From Calditrichia bacterium (GTDB lineage Bacteria; Calditrichota; Calditrichia; JAJRVZ01), in assembly GCA_963796965.1 (NCBI GenBank), contig CAWCNS010000011.1, positions 672,001-736,000 of the forward strand: a DNA stretch of 64,000 nt. Direction: 5' to 3'. This document shows, piece after piece, positions 9,290-19,964 of this stretch. Every line of letters starts with the position of its first letter. The first letter of the stretch is position 1. Both the position numbers and the translations under genes were made by a program. The notes beneath the pieces were generated by a model. The model worked only from the letters and a program-made list of their open reading frames with translations. It made no database searches and had not been told where the DNA came from.

Positions 9290-10555
9290 ATGTTAAATAA
9301 ATTAATAGTCCTATGTGGACTAATTTTCATCTTGTCCTGCTCAGAACGAGATAAGGGTAATCCCTTTGATGTTTCCGGAGATATTTCTTTATCTCTTGAC
9401 ATCACATCTGCTGATAAACGCGTGGAACTTACCTGGTCCAGTCCCCAGGTAGATGGTTATAGCGGTTTTAATATTTACAGGATGGCTGAAGGCTATGATG
9501 ATTCCTTTAAAAGAATTGCCATGAACCTATCCCCAGGTACCAGAAAATATATTGATGATGATATTCAATACGAAAGAACCTATATTTATAATATTACAAT
9601 TAGTGGATTAGATATCGAAAGTAGTCCATCCGAGAATGTCAGCATAAGCCCCGGTCCCGGATTCATTTGGATTGTAGATAAATGGGGTTTTCAAATTGTT
9701 AAAACAACCTATGATCTCCAAAACCAAATAGTTTCATATGACACAGATTGGCCCCCAACGAATATGGCCTTATCAAAAGAGCTGGGCGTTGGACTCGTTC
9801 TTTATCTGAGCTCAAATACCATTGAAAAAATCAATCTCAATGGAGAGAGAGTCGGGCGATATAATCAAATCAAATACCCGATGGATATCGTATATGACCA
9901 AGTCAATTCTCTGTTTTGGATTGTGGATAGTAGCGGCACTCTTTATTCCTTTGACACCAGAATTGATCAGATATCAGAGATTTCTCAATCTCTCTCCAAA
10001 CCGACAACCCTTTCTCTGGCCGCTGACAGGAAATTGATCTGTGTGACTGATAGAGGAAAGAATGAGATCGTTCAATTTAACCAGCAAGGAAATATCGTTC
10101 AGACCATTTCCTCAATAAATGAGAAGAAACTAAGTGATCCCATTCGATTTGTGATTGATGAAGTAAACAACAAAACCTGGTTGGTCGACCGCCAGAACGA
10201 ATTCGACTATATCTATATAAAAGGCGCCGGTGAAAATGAATATACCCTCCTGGATAGTGTCCATTATAGGAGCGAATTACATGGTGATTTAGAATTAAAC
10301 ATGCAGGAAGATGCAAGTTGGCTGATTTCTTACAATGGACAGAATTCTGCTGTTGTGCAACTTTCTGCTACGGGATCTCGTCAATTAGAATTATCTGGAT
10401 ATTATAATCCATATGATATCCAAATCAATCCCTATGACGAGACATTATTGGTCGCTGATTCGGGACATAGCATTGTTTTACATTATAATCGTGACAATAA
10501 TCTTATAGGACAATCGAAAAATTTACAATTTCCGGTAAAAGTATTAGTAGAATAA
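9290..10555 (+). CDS. Lipoprotein with FN3-like domain and NHL/beta-propeller repeats
   Basis: Lipobox ILSC; FN3 signature VELTWS..GFNIYR..YIDDDIQYERTYIYNI; repeated propeller blades (PMDIVYD, IWIVD, VTDRG, PYDIQIN..LVADSG); stop overlaps the next ATG (TAATG). Confidence 0.7.
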   Translation: MLNKLIVLCGLIFILSCSERDKGNPFDVSGDISLSLDITSADKRVELTWSSPQVDGYSGFNIYRMAEGYDDSFKRIAMNLSPGTRKYIDDDIQYERTYIYNITISGLDIESSPSENVSISPGPGFIWIVDKWGFQIVKTTYDLQNQIVSYDTDWPPTNMALSKELGVGLVLYLSSNTIEKINLNGERVGRYNQIKYPMDIVYDQVNSLFWIVDSSGTLYSFDTRIDQISEISQSLSKPTTLSLAADRKLICVTDRGKNEIVQFNQQGNIVQTISSINEKKLSDPIRFVIDEVNNKTWLVDRQNEFDYIYIKGAGENEYTLLDSVHYRSELHGDLELNMQEDASWLISYNGQNSAVVQLSATGSRQLELSGYYNPYDIQINPYDETLLVADSGHSIVLHYNRDNNLIGQSKNLQFPVKVLVE

Positions 10556-12639
10556 TGGAAAAAAAAATATCCGCTAAAATAATAGTACCTCTGCTGGGCA
10601 TTCTATTCATATTGCCCTTTATTTACGATTTATACCGGTTCTATTCAGATGTGGATATCATAGTCGTGGATTATATTGCTGAAGGATTAAATATATTATT
10701 TGGATTGGTATACTATATATTCCTAACATATAGAGCCAATCTTCAAGATAAAAGTATTCAGGAAAATCTGAAAATTTTTGTTTACCTGCTTGGGATAATG
10801 TATTTCAGTATAATTGTATCCCAAATATTGCTCAATCCCAGTTTCTCTTCCGCTGACATTCCTCCCCTACCTGAAACTTTGGGAAGTGTGATATACGCCA
10901 ATTTGGTCTCGGCTGTTGGGATTCTTTTAATGATTCCTATATTTATAGTCATAAAAAATTTAATCTACTATAAAAGAACACGTCACACTTATTTTTTTAT
11001 GCGTGGTCTGTATTTATTTGCTGCAGCAGCAATTATATCCGGGGTCATATCCCGATCTCCCTTTAGATTTGATTTTGATATTACAAACGCAGGTGTTTTT
11101 AATGATATATTTTTAACCTTATCTATTGGTCTGATCATTATCCTCTCCTTACGTAATTCCTGGATCACTTATCTATCCAGAAAAGAGAAAGTTACTTACT
11201 TTTTTATTTCAATATTCATTTTTTGGGCGGTTTTATATCTATATGAGTTTGCCTTTAAACTCGCTGTCCCGGCTCATAGCATTGCAGCGGGCGTATTCGT
11301 AAATATCTCCTGGTATTTTCAGGTTGCCTATTCATTATTTGCCGCAATTTATTTGTTATTTCAATTGCCAACAGCACGCGTCTTCGATCGAAAAATGCAT
11401 GAAGTTGCTTCCTTAAGAGATTTGAATCGTGTGATCAGCACCGAATTTGATTTCAACAAACTTGTTAAACTTCTGACCGAAATGGCCATAAAGGTAATCG
11501 GGGCTGAAACAATTTGGCTCGAGCTGTACCATCCGGGTACGCGGGATCTGTATATTGCCTCCTCTCAAAATTTGGATGATGAACAATTGGAAAGTTTTGG
11601 CAAACGGGGAAGACTTCGGTTGAGTGAAAAATTATTAAAAACACAAAAACCTGTCCTGCTCAATGAGATAACAAAAAACCACCCCTATGCTTATATTCGA
11701 GAATGGAAACCGGACATTGGTTCAATAATCGGTTCCCCTCTGATCTCGGGTAATGGAGCTCCCCTGGGATTTCTCTTCGCAACAAAAAAACATACCTTCG
11801 GTTTTTATCCGGATGATCTTGAGATGCTGGAGTCGTATGCACATCAGGGGGTTATTGCCCTGGATAATGCCAAATTATTGAAAGAATCTTTTGAACGGGA
11901 AAGGATGGAGGAAGAATTAAGAATCGCCCGCGAAGTACAACAGCGATTACTCCCGGAGAAGACACCAAACTTTGATGGAATCTCCATCGAGACATTAACC
12001 ATTACCGCTTATGAAGTAGGCGGAGATTATTATGATTTTATGAAATTTTCGGATGAACAACTGGGATTAATCATAGGAGATGTGAGTGGAAAAGGTACCT
12101 CTGCTGCCTTCTATATGGCCGAAGCCAAGGGAATTATCCAGTCATTAAGCAAATCATTTAACCAACCCAGTGAATTGTTAATCAGAACAAACGAAATTTT
12201 GTATGAAACCCTGGAACGTAAGACTTTTATTAGTATGCTCATGGCCTCGCTTAATTCAAAAACCCAAACGCTGACTTTCGCCAGAGCAGGACATTGCCCA
12301 CTCCTATATTATAATGCTTCTAAAGAGAAAGCCGAACTTTTGCAGCCAAACGGTATTGGAGTTGGTTTAGAAAAAGGAACAATTTTCAGGGAACTATTGG
12401 TCGAACAAAATATATCATATAATAAAGACGATATATTCGTCTTCTATACGGACGGACTTTCAGAAGCACGTGATCATGACGGACTTGAATATGGAGATAT
12501 GCGATTAGTAGATTTGATAGAAACAAATGCACATCAAGCAGCACCGAAACTGAAAGAGATTATAATCGATTCTATTCTTTCTTTTTTAGATGGGAATAGC
12601 CTTTCAGATGATTTAACATTGTTGCTTGTAAAAATTTAA
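10555..12639 (+). CDS. Multi-TM GAF + PP2C (SpoIIE/RsbU-family) Ser phosphatase
   Basis: About 8 hydrophobic helices, a GAF domain, EELRIAREVQ coiled coil, and GGDYYDF, GDVSGKG, RAGH, YTDGLSEA, DDLT metal-binding motifs. Confidence 0.9.
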   Translation: MEKKISAKIIVPLLGILFILPFIYDLYRFYSDVDIIVVDYIAEGLNILFGLVYYIFLTYRANLQDKSIQENLKIFVYLLGIMYFSIIVSQILLNPSFSSADIPPLPETLGSVIYANLVSAVGILLMIPIFIVIKNLIYYKRTRHTYFFMRGLYLFAAAAIISGVISRSPFRFDFDITNAGVFNDIFLTLSIGLIIILSLRNSWITYLSRKEKVTYFFISIFIFWAVLYLYEFAFKLAVPAHSIAAGVFVNISWYFQVAYSLFAAIYLLFQLPTARVFDRKMHEVASLRDLNRVISTEFDFNKLVKLLTEMAIKVIGAETIWLELYHPGTRDLYIASSQNLDDEQLESFGKRGRLRLSEKLLKTQKPVLLNEITKNHPYAYIREWKPDIGSIIGSPLISGNGAPLGFLFATKKHTFGFYPDDLEMLESYAHQGVIALDNAKLLKESFERERMEEELRIAREVQQRLLPEKTPNFDGISIETLTITAYEVGGDYYDFMKFSDEQLGLIIGDVSGKGTSAAFYMAEAKGIIQSLSKSFNQPSELLIRTNEILYETLERKTFISMLMASLNSKTQTLTFARAGHCPLLYYNASKEKAELLQPNGIGVGLEKGTIFRELLVEQNISYNKDDIFVFYTDGLSEARDHDGLEYGDMRLVDLIETNAHQAAPKLKEIIIDSILSFLDGNSLSDDLTLLLVKI

Positions 12640-12681
12640 TATAATTTTGTTTGATCTATAAAAATATGTGGAGGATAATTG

Positions 12682-13032
12682 ATGGAGAATTTTGAGGTTG
12701 ACCGAATCGATCGATCAGGAATTAGTATTCTTAGACTAAAAGGCTTTCTGGACGCTCATACTGCACCTAATTTTGAACATGCCATCCAGGAATTGCTGGA
12801 AGAGAATCGTTTTAAAATCATTATCAGTATGTCCGATCTCAACTATATCAGTAGTGCCGGTCTTGGTGTATTTATGGGTTTCATTGAAGAAATACGCGAA
12901 AATAGCGGAGACATTAAGCTTTCGAATATGTCTGACAAAGTGTATAAAGTATTCGACTTGTTAGGCTTTCCAGCACTCTATCAGATCTTTAAAGAAGAAG
13001 CGGAGGCAGAAAAGGAGTATGGCAAAGATTAA
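12682..13032 (+). CDS. rsbV: STAS-domain anti-sigma-factor antagonist (RsbV/SpoIIAA family)
   Basis: LKGFLDAHTAP, phosphoacceptor motif YISSAGLG, VFDLLGF; SD GGAGG. Confidence 0.9.
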   Translation: MENFEVDRIDRSGISILRLKGFLDAHTAPNFEHAIQELLEENRFKIIISMSDLNYISSAGLGVFMGFIEEIRENSGDIKLSNMSDKVYKVFDLLGFPALYQIFKEEAEAEKEYGKD

Positions 13033-13084
13033 GACTTTCTTTTCTCATACTTACGCTCACATTTCATTGAGGGATGGAAAAACT

Positions 13085-13528
13085 ATGAAACTTAAAAATC
13101 AAATATACAGACTAAACATTCCGAGTATTACGGAGAATCTCCAAATGATTCGGGAGTTTGTGGTCAAAATTGCAGCCAAAGCCGGATTTAATGAGGAAAC
13201 CCGTGAACAAATTGCTCTGGCCGTAGATGAAGCCTGTACCAATGTCATTAAGCATGCGCATCATCATGATGCACGTCGGTTAATGGATATAAAAATACAG
13301 ACAGATAAAAACAAAATGAAGATTATCATAACCGATAAAGGGCATGGCTTTGATATTACAAAATTAAAAGACCCGGATATTGAGAAATATATCAGGGAGT
13401 CAAGACATGGCGGGTTGGGTATCTATTTAATTAAAACGCTTATGGATGAAGTTAACTACGAGTTCAATCCAGGTGTAAAAAATCAGGTAGAATTAACTAA
13501 ATACTTACAAAAACCGACAGCATCCTGA
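13085..13528 (+). CDS. rsbW: RsbW/SpoIIAB-family Ser/Thr kinase (HATPase_c_2)
   Basis: LAVDEACTNVIKH (N box), DKGHGFD (G1), GGLGIYLIKTLMDEV (G2). Confidence 0.9.
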   Translation: MKLKNQIYRLNIPSITENLQMIREFVVKIAAKAGFNEETREQIALAVDEACTNVIKHAHHHDARRLMDIKIQTDKNKMKIIITDKGHGFDITKLKDPDIEKYIRESRHGGLGIYLIKTLMDEVNYEFNPGVKNQVELTKYLQKPTAS

Positions 13529-13535
13529 GGATAAA

Positions 13536-15309
13536 ATGCCTGATCACCTTGCAAATTTCAAAGAGCGAAAAGATATAAATAATCTCGAATCAGATGATAT
13601 GGATCGTCATCTGCTCGAACTCTCCGCCCTATTTGAGATAAGTCAAACCCTAAATTCTTCACTCAATCTTAAATCAATCCTTAATAATGTCCTGCTTGTA
13701 CCCATGGGACGGATGATGCTGGGCAAAGGGCTTATTTTAATCAAAAAAGATGTAAACATATTTACTATTGAAAACATTAAAGGACTCCCGCTCAAATTAC
13801 AGGGTAAAGCAATTGATCTTACGGGAATTCCCAACCACTCCTTTTTGCTTGAAAATATTAAAGAGGAATATAACTGGGCAGACTTCTTCAAAGAATTCAA
13901 AATTGAACTAATGGTGCCTTTTATTTCTAGGACCGATACCATTGGTATGATTGGATTTAGCCGAAAGATTACTGGGGAAGCTTTTAAAGATGAGGAAATA
14001 GAATTTTTAAATTCACTAACCAATATTGCAACAACCTCTATCGAGAATGCATTGGTCTTTGATCAAATTCAAAAAGTTAACCGGCAGCTCGATCATAAAA
14101 TCCAGGAATTAAATACACTCTTTGATATTGGGAAAGAACTAAATTTAACACTCGAGAAAGGTAAAATACTTAAATTACTCTCTTATGCCTTGATGGGGCA
14201 GGTTACAGTCAACAATTTCATCATCGCTTTGAAAGAGGAAGATAAATTTCAAACAGACTATGGTAAAAGGTAGCGTTTTTAATATAAAAGAGGGTAGCTA
14301 TTGCGAAAACCTCTGTGAGATATGTCAAACACTACATACACCTTATTTATGTGAAGATGAGACAGAATTTGATAATCAGCTCAGTGATGCGGCAGTAAGA
14401 GTCGTGGTTCCTATGCAAATTCAATCGGAGACAAAAGGATTTATATTTTTAGGAGAGAAAGTCACAAAGCAGCCTTTTAGTCCCAGTGATCTTGAGTTTT
14501 TACAAACCTTAGGTAATGTGGCCATAATTTCCCTGGAAAATGCACGTCTTTTTGAGGAGACATTGGAAAAACAGAGACTTGAAGAAGAGATGGCCCTGGC
14601 CCGTAATATTCAATCACGACTTTTACCTAAATCTATGCCAAAACTCACTCATCTGGCAATCCATGGATTAAATGTCCCAAGCAAACATGTGGGAGGGGAT
14701 TATTTTGATATTATTGAGTTGGATGAAAGTGATTGTACTGGAATCACCATCGCTGATGTTTCCGGAAAAGGGATGCCGGCAGCTTTATTAATGTCAAATT
14801 TGCAGGCTAGTCTTCATTCTCTTGTTCGGGAAGATTACCCTCTAAACAAACTCGTTGGCCGGATTAATAATGTAATCTTTAACAATACCGATCCCGATAA
14901 ATATATCACCTTTTTCTATGGAAATTTGAACAAAACAACACAGGAATTTCGTTTTGTAAATGCCGGGCATAATCCTCCCTATTTATTACATCCGGATGGA
15001 AGGATTGATGAATTATCAACAGGAGGTATCATTTTAGGTATGATGCCAAATATGCCTTATGAAATTGGATCATGTAAACTTGCAAAAGGTGATTTACTTA
15101 TGCTGTATACAGACGGTGTAACAGAAGCCATGACAGATGATGATATTGAGTTTGAAGAAAAAAGACTCATGGAATTCTTAAGAAATATTGATCCCCGGAT
15201 AAGCCCGGAAGAAATAAACATGAATCTTATTATGGAACTAAATAAGTTCTCTGCCGGCGCACCCCAAACTGATGATATAACCATCCTGACGCTTAGAATG
15301 CTTTCATGA
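13536..15309 (+). CDS. Soluble GAF-GAF-PP2C phosphatase (RsbU/RsbP-like; frameshift near 14260)
   Basis: ORFs 13536-14273 and 14260-15309 split the second GAF domain. PP2C motifs GGDYFD, ADVSGKG, NAGHNPP, YTDGVTEA, DDIT are intact. Confidence 0.85.
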
Positions 15310-15457
15310 TACGTTACTAATACCTGGACAAGGACATTCTCCCCTATTTCACAATATTTATACCGCATAGACACCCTAAAGTTTACCTTATAGTGGTGTT
15401 TACTATCCAATTTAGGATTCGTTTTCACAAAGTTGAAGAAAATACCATGCATCCTGC

Positions 15458-15486
15458 TTGATATTAGCAATCATGAGCAATAAATT
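15458..15486 (+). promoter_or_regulatory. Putative sigma70 promoter for the third phosphatase
   Basis: TTGATA-17nt-TAAATT, followed by SD AGGAG and the TTG start at 15509. Confidence 0.5.
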
Positions 15487-15508
15487 TAATATTTAACCAG
15501 GAGTAAAT

Positions 15509-17404
15509 TTGCTTACTAAAACGACTCAAATAATTCTTCAAGTTGTCTTTTTTCTCCTCATTTATATTTTGCTCAGAACTGTCTTTCATATAGGAGACAT
15601 TCCCGCTGTTTTCATAGTAACCCTATTGATACTTGTATTTAAATCAGCTATCGACAACCTTCTATTTTCTCTATGGGGATGTGTGATCAATCGAAATTAT
15701 GTTAAAATCGAAAAAGCGCTTACCACATTTGAAGATCACTTAGATGGAATATCCCACTATCACGAATTGTTTCCTCAGTTTTATCATTTATTTAATTTAA
15801 TATTCATCCCAAAATCCTGGTTGTTTTATGTATTTGAGGACTCAGGCTTTCGAATCGTAGAATATGATACATCCAAATTCGAAGAGGGTTTACCTGTTGA
15901 GATAAACTTTTATAATGATCAGGAAACCACAGAGATTATTGATCTGAAAGAGCTTAATAAAAGCACCATGAATGACAGTTCATTCCAAGCGAAGACATTT
16001 TTAAACAATCAATTAGACATGCTTATTCCGATTAGGGGTAAAAGCCAAATTGTCGCACTATTATTTATTTCTCGCTCCAATGGCAATTTTATTCAAAATA
16101 ACAAAATCCGTAAAAGCACAGAAAAAGTACTTCAAAAGGCCGGTCAGATTTTAGAGAGTACAGCATTATATCTCGATATAGTCCAAAGAAATCTTGAAAT
16201 AAATAAATTATTTGAGGTAAGCACAAAACTTTTAAGTACCTTGAATACAGATGACATTCTCGACTTCTTACTCGATTCACTCTCTGAAGTAATTCATTTT
16301 GATGCCGGTGTTATCTTTCTGGTAGATCCAGAAAGAAAAAAACTATATCAAAAAGTTAGCAAGGGATATGAAAAAGGCCAGGATCTTACATTAAAACTTG
16401 GCCAGGGAGCCTGTGGATGGGTCGCAGAAACCAGGAACATTTCACTTATAATGGATGTTGATTTAGCGGATCATTATTACCCTATCCGCAAAGAAACGCG
16501 TTCCCAGATATCTATTCCCTTAATCAAACAAGATGAATTGATGGGAGTCCTTTCCTTAGAAAGCAACGAAAGAAACGGATTTTCCAATCAATCTCTCGAA
16601 CTTCTGAAATTATTTGCCAATCAAGCCATAATTGCATTAGACAATGCAAAACAATATGAAATTTCTTTAACCAAAATGCACCTGGAACATGAACTTGTCG
16701 ATGCCCAAAAAGTACAAAAAGTTTTACTTCCTCAACATCCACCTAACTTTAAAGATCTAAATATTTCATTTGTTCATATTCCAAGCAAATTGGTTAGTGG
16801 CGATCTGTTTGACCTGGTCTCAATTGATGAGCATCTTCTTGGCCTGGTCTTAGGTGATGTCTCAGGTAAAGGTGCAGGTGCCGCAATTATGATGTCCCTG
16901 GTGCTTGCCGGATTTCGTGCTTATAATAAATCTCATTTGACTGTATGTGAGGTGGTGGCCCGGCTTAACAATCTGCTCGAGGAAAGTGTTAGTGATGGTA
17001 ACTACGCCACTCTATTCTATGCCTTAATATCTACTAAACAGCAAACCATTACATTCACGAATGCCGGCCATAATCCCCCATTATTATTCAGAACTGATGG
17101 AAGTATTGAAGAATTGTCTGTTGGTGGTATTGTTCTTGGCTATCTGGTTAACCAAATATATAAACAGACGACCGTCCCCTTCTTACCAGGCGACCTTCTC
17201 CTTACTTACACCGATGGAATTTCTGAAGCCCTGAATATTAAGGACGAGGAGTTCGGGGAAGAAAGGTTAAAATCTGTCGTCAAAGAAAACTTGCATCTAA
17301 ATAGCTACGAATTAAAGAATAAAATTCTCCAAGAGGTTGATTTATTTACCCAAAGTGATAATATTAGTGATGACCGCACAATTGTCATCGTAAAACACCT
17401 TTAA
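15509..17404 (+). CDS. 2-TM GAF-GAF-PP2C phosphatase (RsbU-family)
   Basis: Two N-terminal TM helices, a degenerate GAF, a GAF (LGQGACGWVAET, SQISIPL), then SGDLFD, GDVSGKG, NAGHNPP, YTDGISEA, DDRT. Confidence 0.88.
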   Translation: MLTKTTQIILQVVFFLLIYILLRTVFHIGDIPAVFIVTLLILVFKSAIDNLLFSLWGCVINRNYVKIEKALTTFEDHLDGISHYHELFPQFYHLFNLIFIPKSWLFYVFEDSGFRIVEYDTSKFEEGLPVEINFYNDQETTEIIDLKELNKSTMNDSSFQAKTFLNNQLDMLIPIRGKSQIVALLFISRSNGNFIQNNKIRKSTEKVLQKAGQILESTALYLDIVQRNLEINKLFEVSTKLLSTLNTDDILDFLLDSLSEVIHFDAGVIFLVDPERKKLYQKVSKGYEKGQDLTLKLGQGACGWVAETRNISLIMDVDLADHYYPIRKETRSQISIPLIKQDELMGVLSLESNERNGFSNQSLELLKLFANQAIIALDNAKQYEISLTKMHLEHELVDAQKVQKVLLPQHPPNFKDLNISFVHIPSKLVSGDLFDLVSIDEHLLGLVLGDVSGKGAGAAIMMSLVLAGFRAYNKSHLTVCEVVARLNNLLEESVSDGNYATLFYALISTKQQTITFTNAGHNPPLLFRTDGSIEELSVGGIVLGYLVNQIYKQTTVPFLPGDLLLTYTDGISEALNIKDEEFGEERLKSVVKENLHLNSYELKNKILQEVDLFTQSDNISDDRTIVIVKHL

Positions 17405-17667
17405 TCTTCTTTTATTTCTGCAGAATACCTCAGTAAATTTAAATTTTTGCCGATAATCCCCTATATGCCCCAGATTATATTTTTAGGGGTAAAAACTCTT
17501 TGCATTTTAGAAATATTAATTACAGAGGAAACAGAGTATATAGAGCTATTAAGAATTCAGAATTTAACTATTAAAATAGGGATGGTTTGGTTAGTATCTC
17601 TGCGATATATGATATATAACTTCTCTGAGAACTCGGTTTAAATAATAATATTTACAAAGTAATTAAA

Positions 17668-19322
17668 ATGTCAGAACCAGCACAAAGAAAAATACTTTAT
17701 ATTGAAGATGATCCTGATTCTCGCGAGATGATGGCCGATGTTCTTCACATGCACGGCTTTGGCTTTATGGGTGCCACACGCGGCTTAGAAGGGATTCGTA
17801 TTGCCAAAAATGAATCGCCAAATCTTATCCTTCTTGATATAAATTTACCTGACATGGATGGGTATGAAGTCACGACCCTTCTCAGGTCAATCAAAACGCT
17901 GGATAGTGTACCTATTATTGCTATCTCTGTTGAGACAACTGATAATTCCCGAGAAAGAATTCTCACGGCTGGTTGTGATGGCTTTATTTCAAAGCCAATT
18001 AATATCAAAGAATTCCTGGTAATAATCGAGGAGTATTTAAAAGGTAGAAAGGATTTGATTGCACCGGAAGATGAAAAAAAATATCTTGCGGAATATAATA
18101 TCCGCCTTGGGGAGCGACTTCAAAATAAAATTGAAGAGTTGGAGAAAGTCAATAAAAGCCTGATTTCCATGAATGAGGAGTTAAGCGAGTCTCAAAAACA
18201 ATTGACAGACTACAACAACCGCCTGTACGCAATGAATAATATTGCTAATATATTGCGTTTGCAAAATTCGCCCCAGTCCGTGTTGGAGATTTTACCGGAA
18301 AACATTATGGATGGATTTAGTGTCGACCGTTGTCTAATATTTGAATATTTTGAGGAGAAAGATAGGTTAGAGATTGTTTATTCGGCCGGAATTTCAGAAC
18401 TAAATGTCAAAAAATTGAAATTTAAAATAAGCCAACCAGCTTCTATCAACGTTTAAAAGAAGATATTAAACTAATGTGGATCAGGAATAAAAATGAGATA
18501 CCTGATGATAATCTTTATAAAATTGCACAGGAATTAAATTCCACATCTTTTATAATGGCTTCTCTCTCTGGCTTTAGCAGCCGCCAGGATGCAACTAGTA
18601 TTTTCCGATCAATCGTTTCATCATCGGTAGAGGAAGATGATGAATTCGCCATAAAAAAACCAAGACGGTATATAATATTTTTGGATAGGGGAAAAACTCA
18701 GAGACCCTTCCTGCAATATGAGATTAGAGTTCTAAAGACATTTCTGCAAACTGCCAGCATTATCTATGAAAATATGATGCTTTACCATAAAATGATGAAA
18801 CTTTACCGGATCAAGGAGCAAGAAGCTATTACAGATGGGTTAACAAATGTTTACAACTATAGGTTTTTCCAGAGTCAGATAGAAAGAGAAATTGTTCGAT
18901 CTGATCGTCATGGCAATTCCTTCTCTATAGCGATGATTGATCTTGACAATTTTAAACAATATAATGATACACAAGGGCATTTAAGGGGGGATGAGGCCTT
19001 AAGAATGATTGCCCAAACCATTGTTAAGAACATTCGTAAGAGTGATACATTAGCACGTTATGGCGGGGATGAATTTGTAATGATCTTACCCGAACTGGAT
19101 AAGACCCAGGCAAAAGCTTTAGCCGAGAAACTATGCGATGTCATTAAAGTGACAAGCGTACCCAAAAAGAGAACTTCCCGCCGAGTAAATCTTACCGTTA
19201 GCCTTGGTATCTCTACCTTCCCTACAGATGGACATAATGAGGAAGAGTTGTTACGTAAAGCTGATGAGGCCCTTTACCGGGCTAAAGATCTTGGTAGAAA
19301 CGCTGTCTGCATATCTGCTTAA
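17668..19322 (+). CDS. REC - coiled coil - GAF-like - GGDEF diguanylate cyclase (frameshift between 18426 and 18453)
   Basis: REC: YIEDD, LLDINLPDMDG, FISKP. The downstream frame resumes as FYQRLKEDIKLMW. TDGLTNVYN, DLDNFKQYNDTQGHLRGD, I-site RKSD and an intact RYGGDEF. Confidence 0.85.
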
Positions 19323-19331
19323 CTCTTTTAC

Positions 19332-19964
19332 TTATTCAGTCCCATAAATACGATCTCCAGCATCTCCCAAACCAGGTAAAATATACCCATGATCATTTAA
19401 TTCACGATCCAGAGCTGCTGTATAAATTGGCAAATCCGGATGATGCTGTCTCATAAATGCCACACCCTCAGGTGAGGCCACCAGGCATACAAATCGAATA
19501 CTCCGCGCCCCCTTTTTCTTAACAAATTGGACAGCAGCTGCTGCACTGCCTCCAGTTGCCAGCATCGGATCAATTATTATGACCTCCGACTTATCTATAT
19601 CATTTGGGAACTTACAGTAATATTTAACGGGCTGGAGGGTGTCCGGATCTCTGTAAAGTCCAAGATGTCCAACCCGTGCCTGGGGAATCAGGGTTAAGAT
19701 ACCATCGCACATTCCCAGGCCTGCTCGCAGAATTGGTACTAGGGTCACCTTATTTGCCAATACATAGCCTGTAGTTCGCTCCATCGGTGTGGTAAGCTCT
19801 TTTTCAGTCAATGGCAAACTACGTGTTACCTCGTAAACCATCAAGGCCCCAACTTCACTCAGGAGACTACGAAATTGTTTAGGATCAGTATCTACATCGC
19901 GTAAATGACACATTTTTTGTTGAATTAAAGGATGATCGAGAATGAATAAATTGTCCTTATTCAT
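19332..19964 (-). CDS. upp: Uracil phosphoribosyltransferase
   Basis: DHPLIQ, VPILRAGLGM, DPMLATGGS, YILPGLGDAGDRIYGT. Confidence 0.97.
   Translation of the reverse strand: MNKDNLFILDHPLIQQKMCHLRDVDTDPKQFRSLLSEVGALMVYEVTRSLPLTEKELTTPMERTTGYVLANKVTLVPILRAGLGMCDGILTLIPQARVGHLGLYRDPDTLQPVKYYCKFPNDIDKSEVIIIDPMLATGGSAAAAVQFVKKKGARSIRFVCLVASPEGVAFMRQHHPDLPIYTAALDRELNDHGYILPGLGDAGDRIYGTE

Noticed and set aside
14230..14275. Two separate genes (GAF protein and PP2C)
   Set aside because: The break falls inside a GAF domain and there is no clear SD before ATG 14260; treated as one frameshifted gene.
17447..17641. 64-aa ORF upstream of the diguanylate cyclase
   Set aside because: TTG start with no SD, AT-rich intergenic composition and no recognisable motif.
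18400..18474. Programmed -1 frameshift giving REC-only and REC-GGDEF products
   Set aside because: A stop in the downstream frame at 18423-25 confines the junction to 18426-18453, which has no slippery heptamer; the many other indels make an error more likely.
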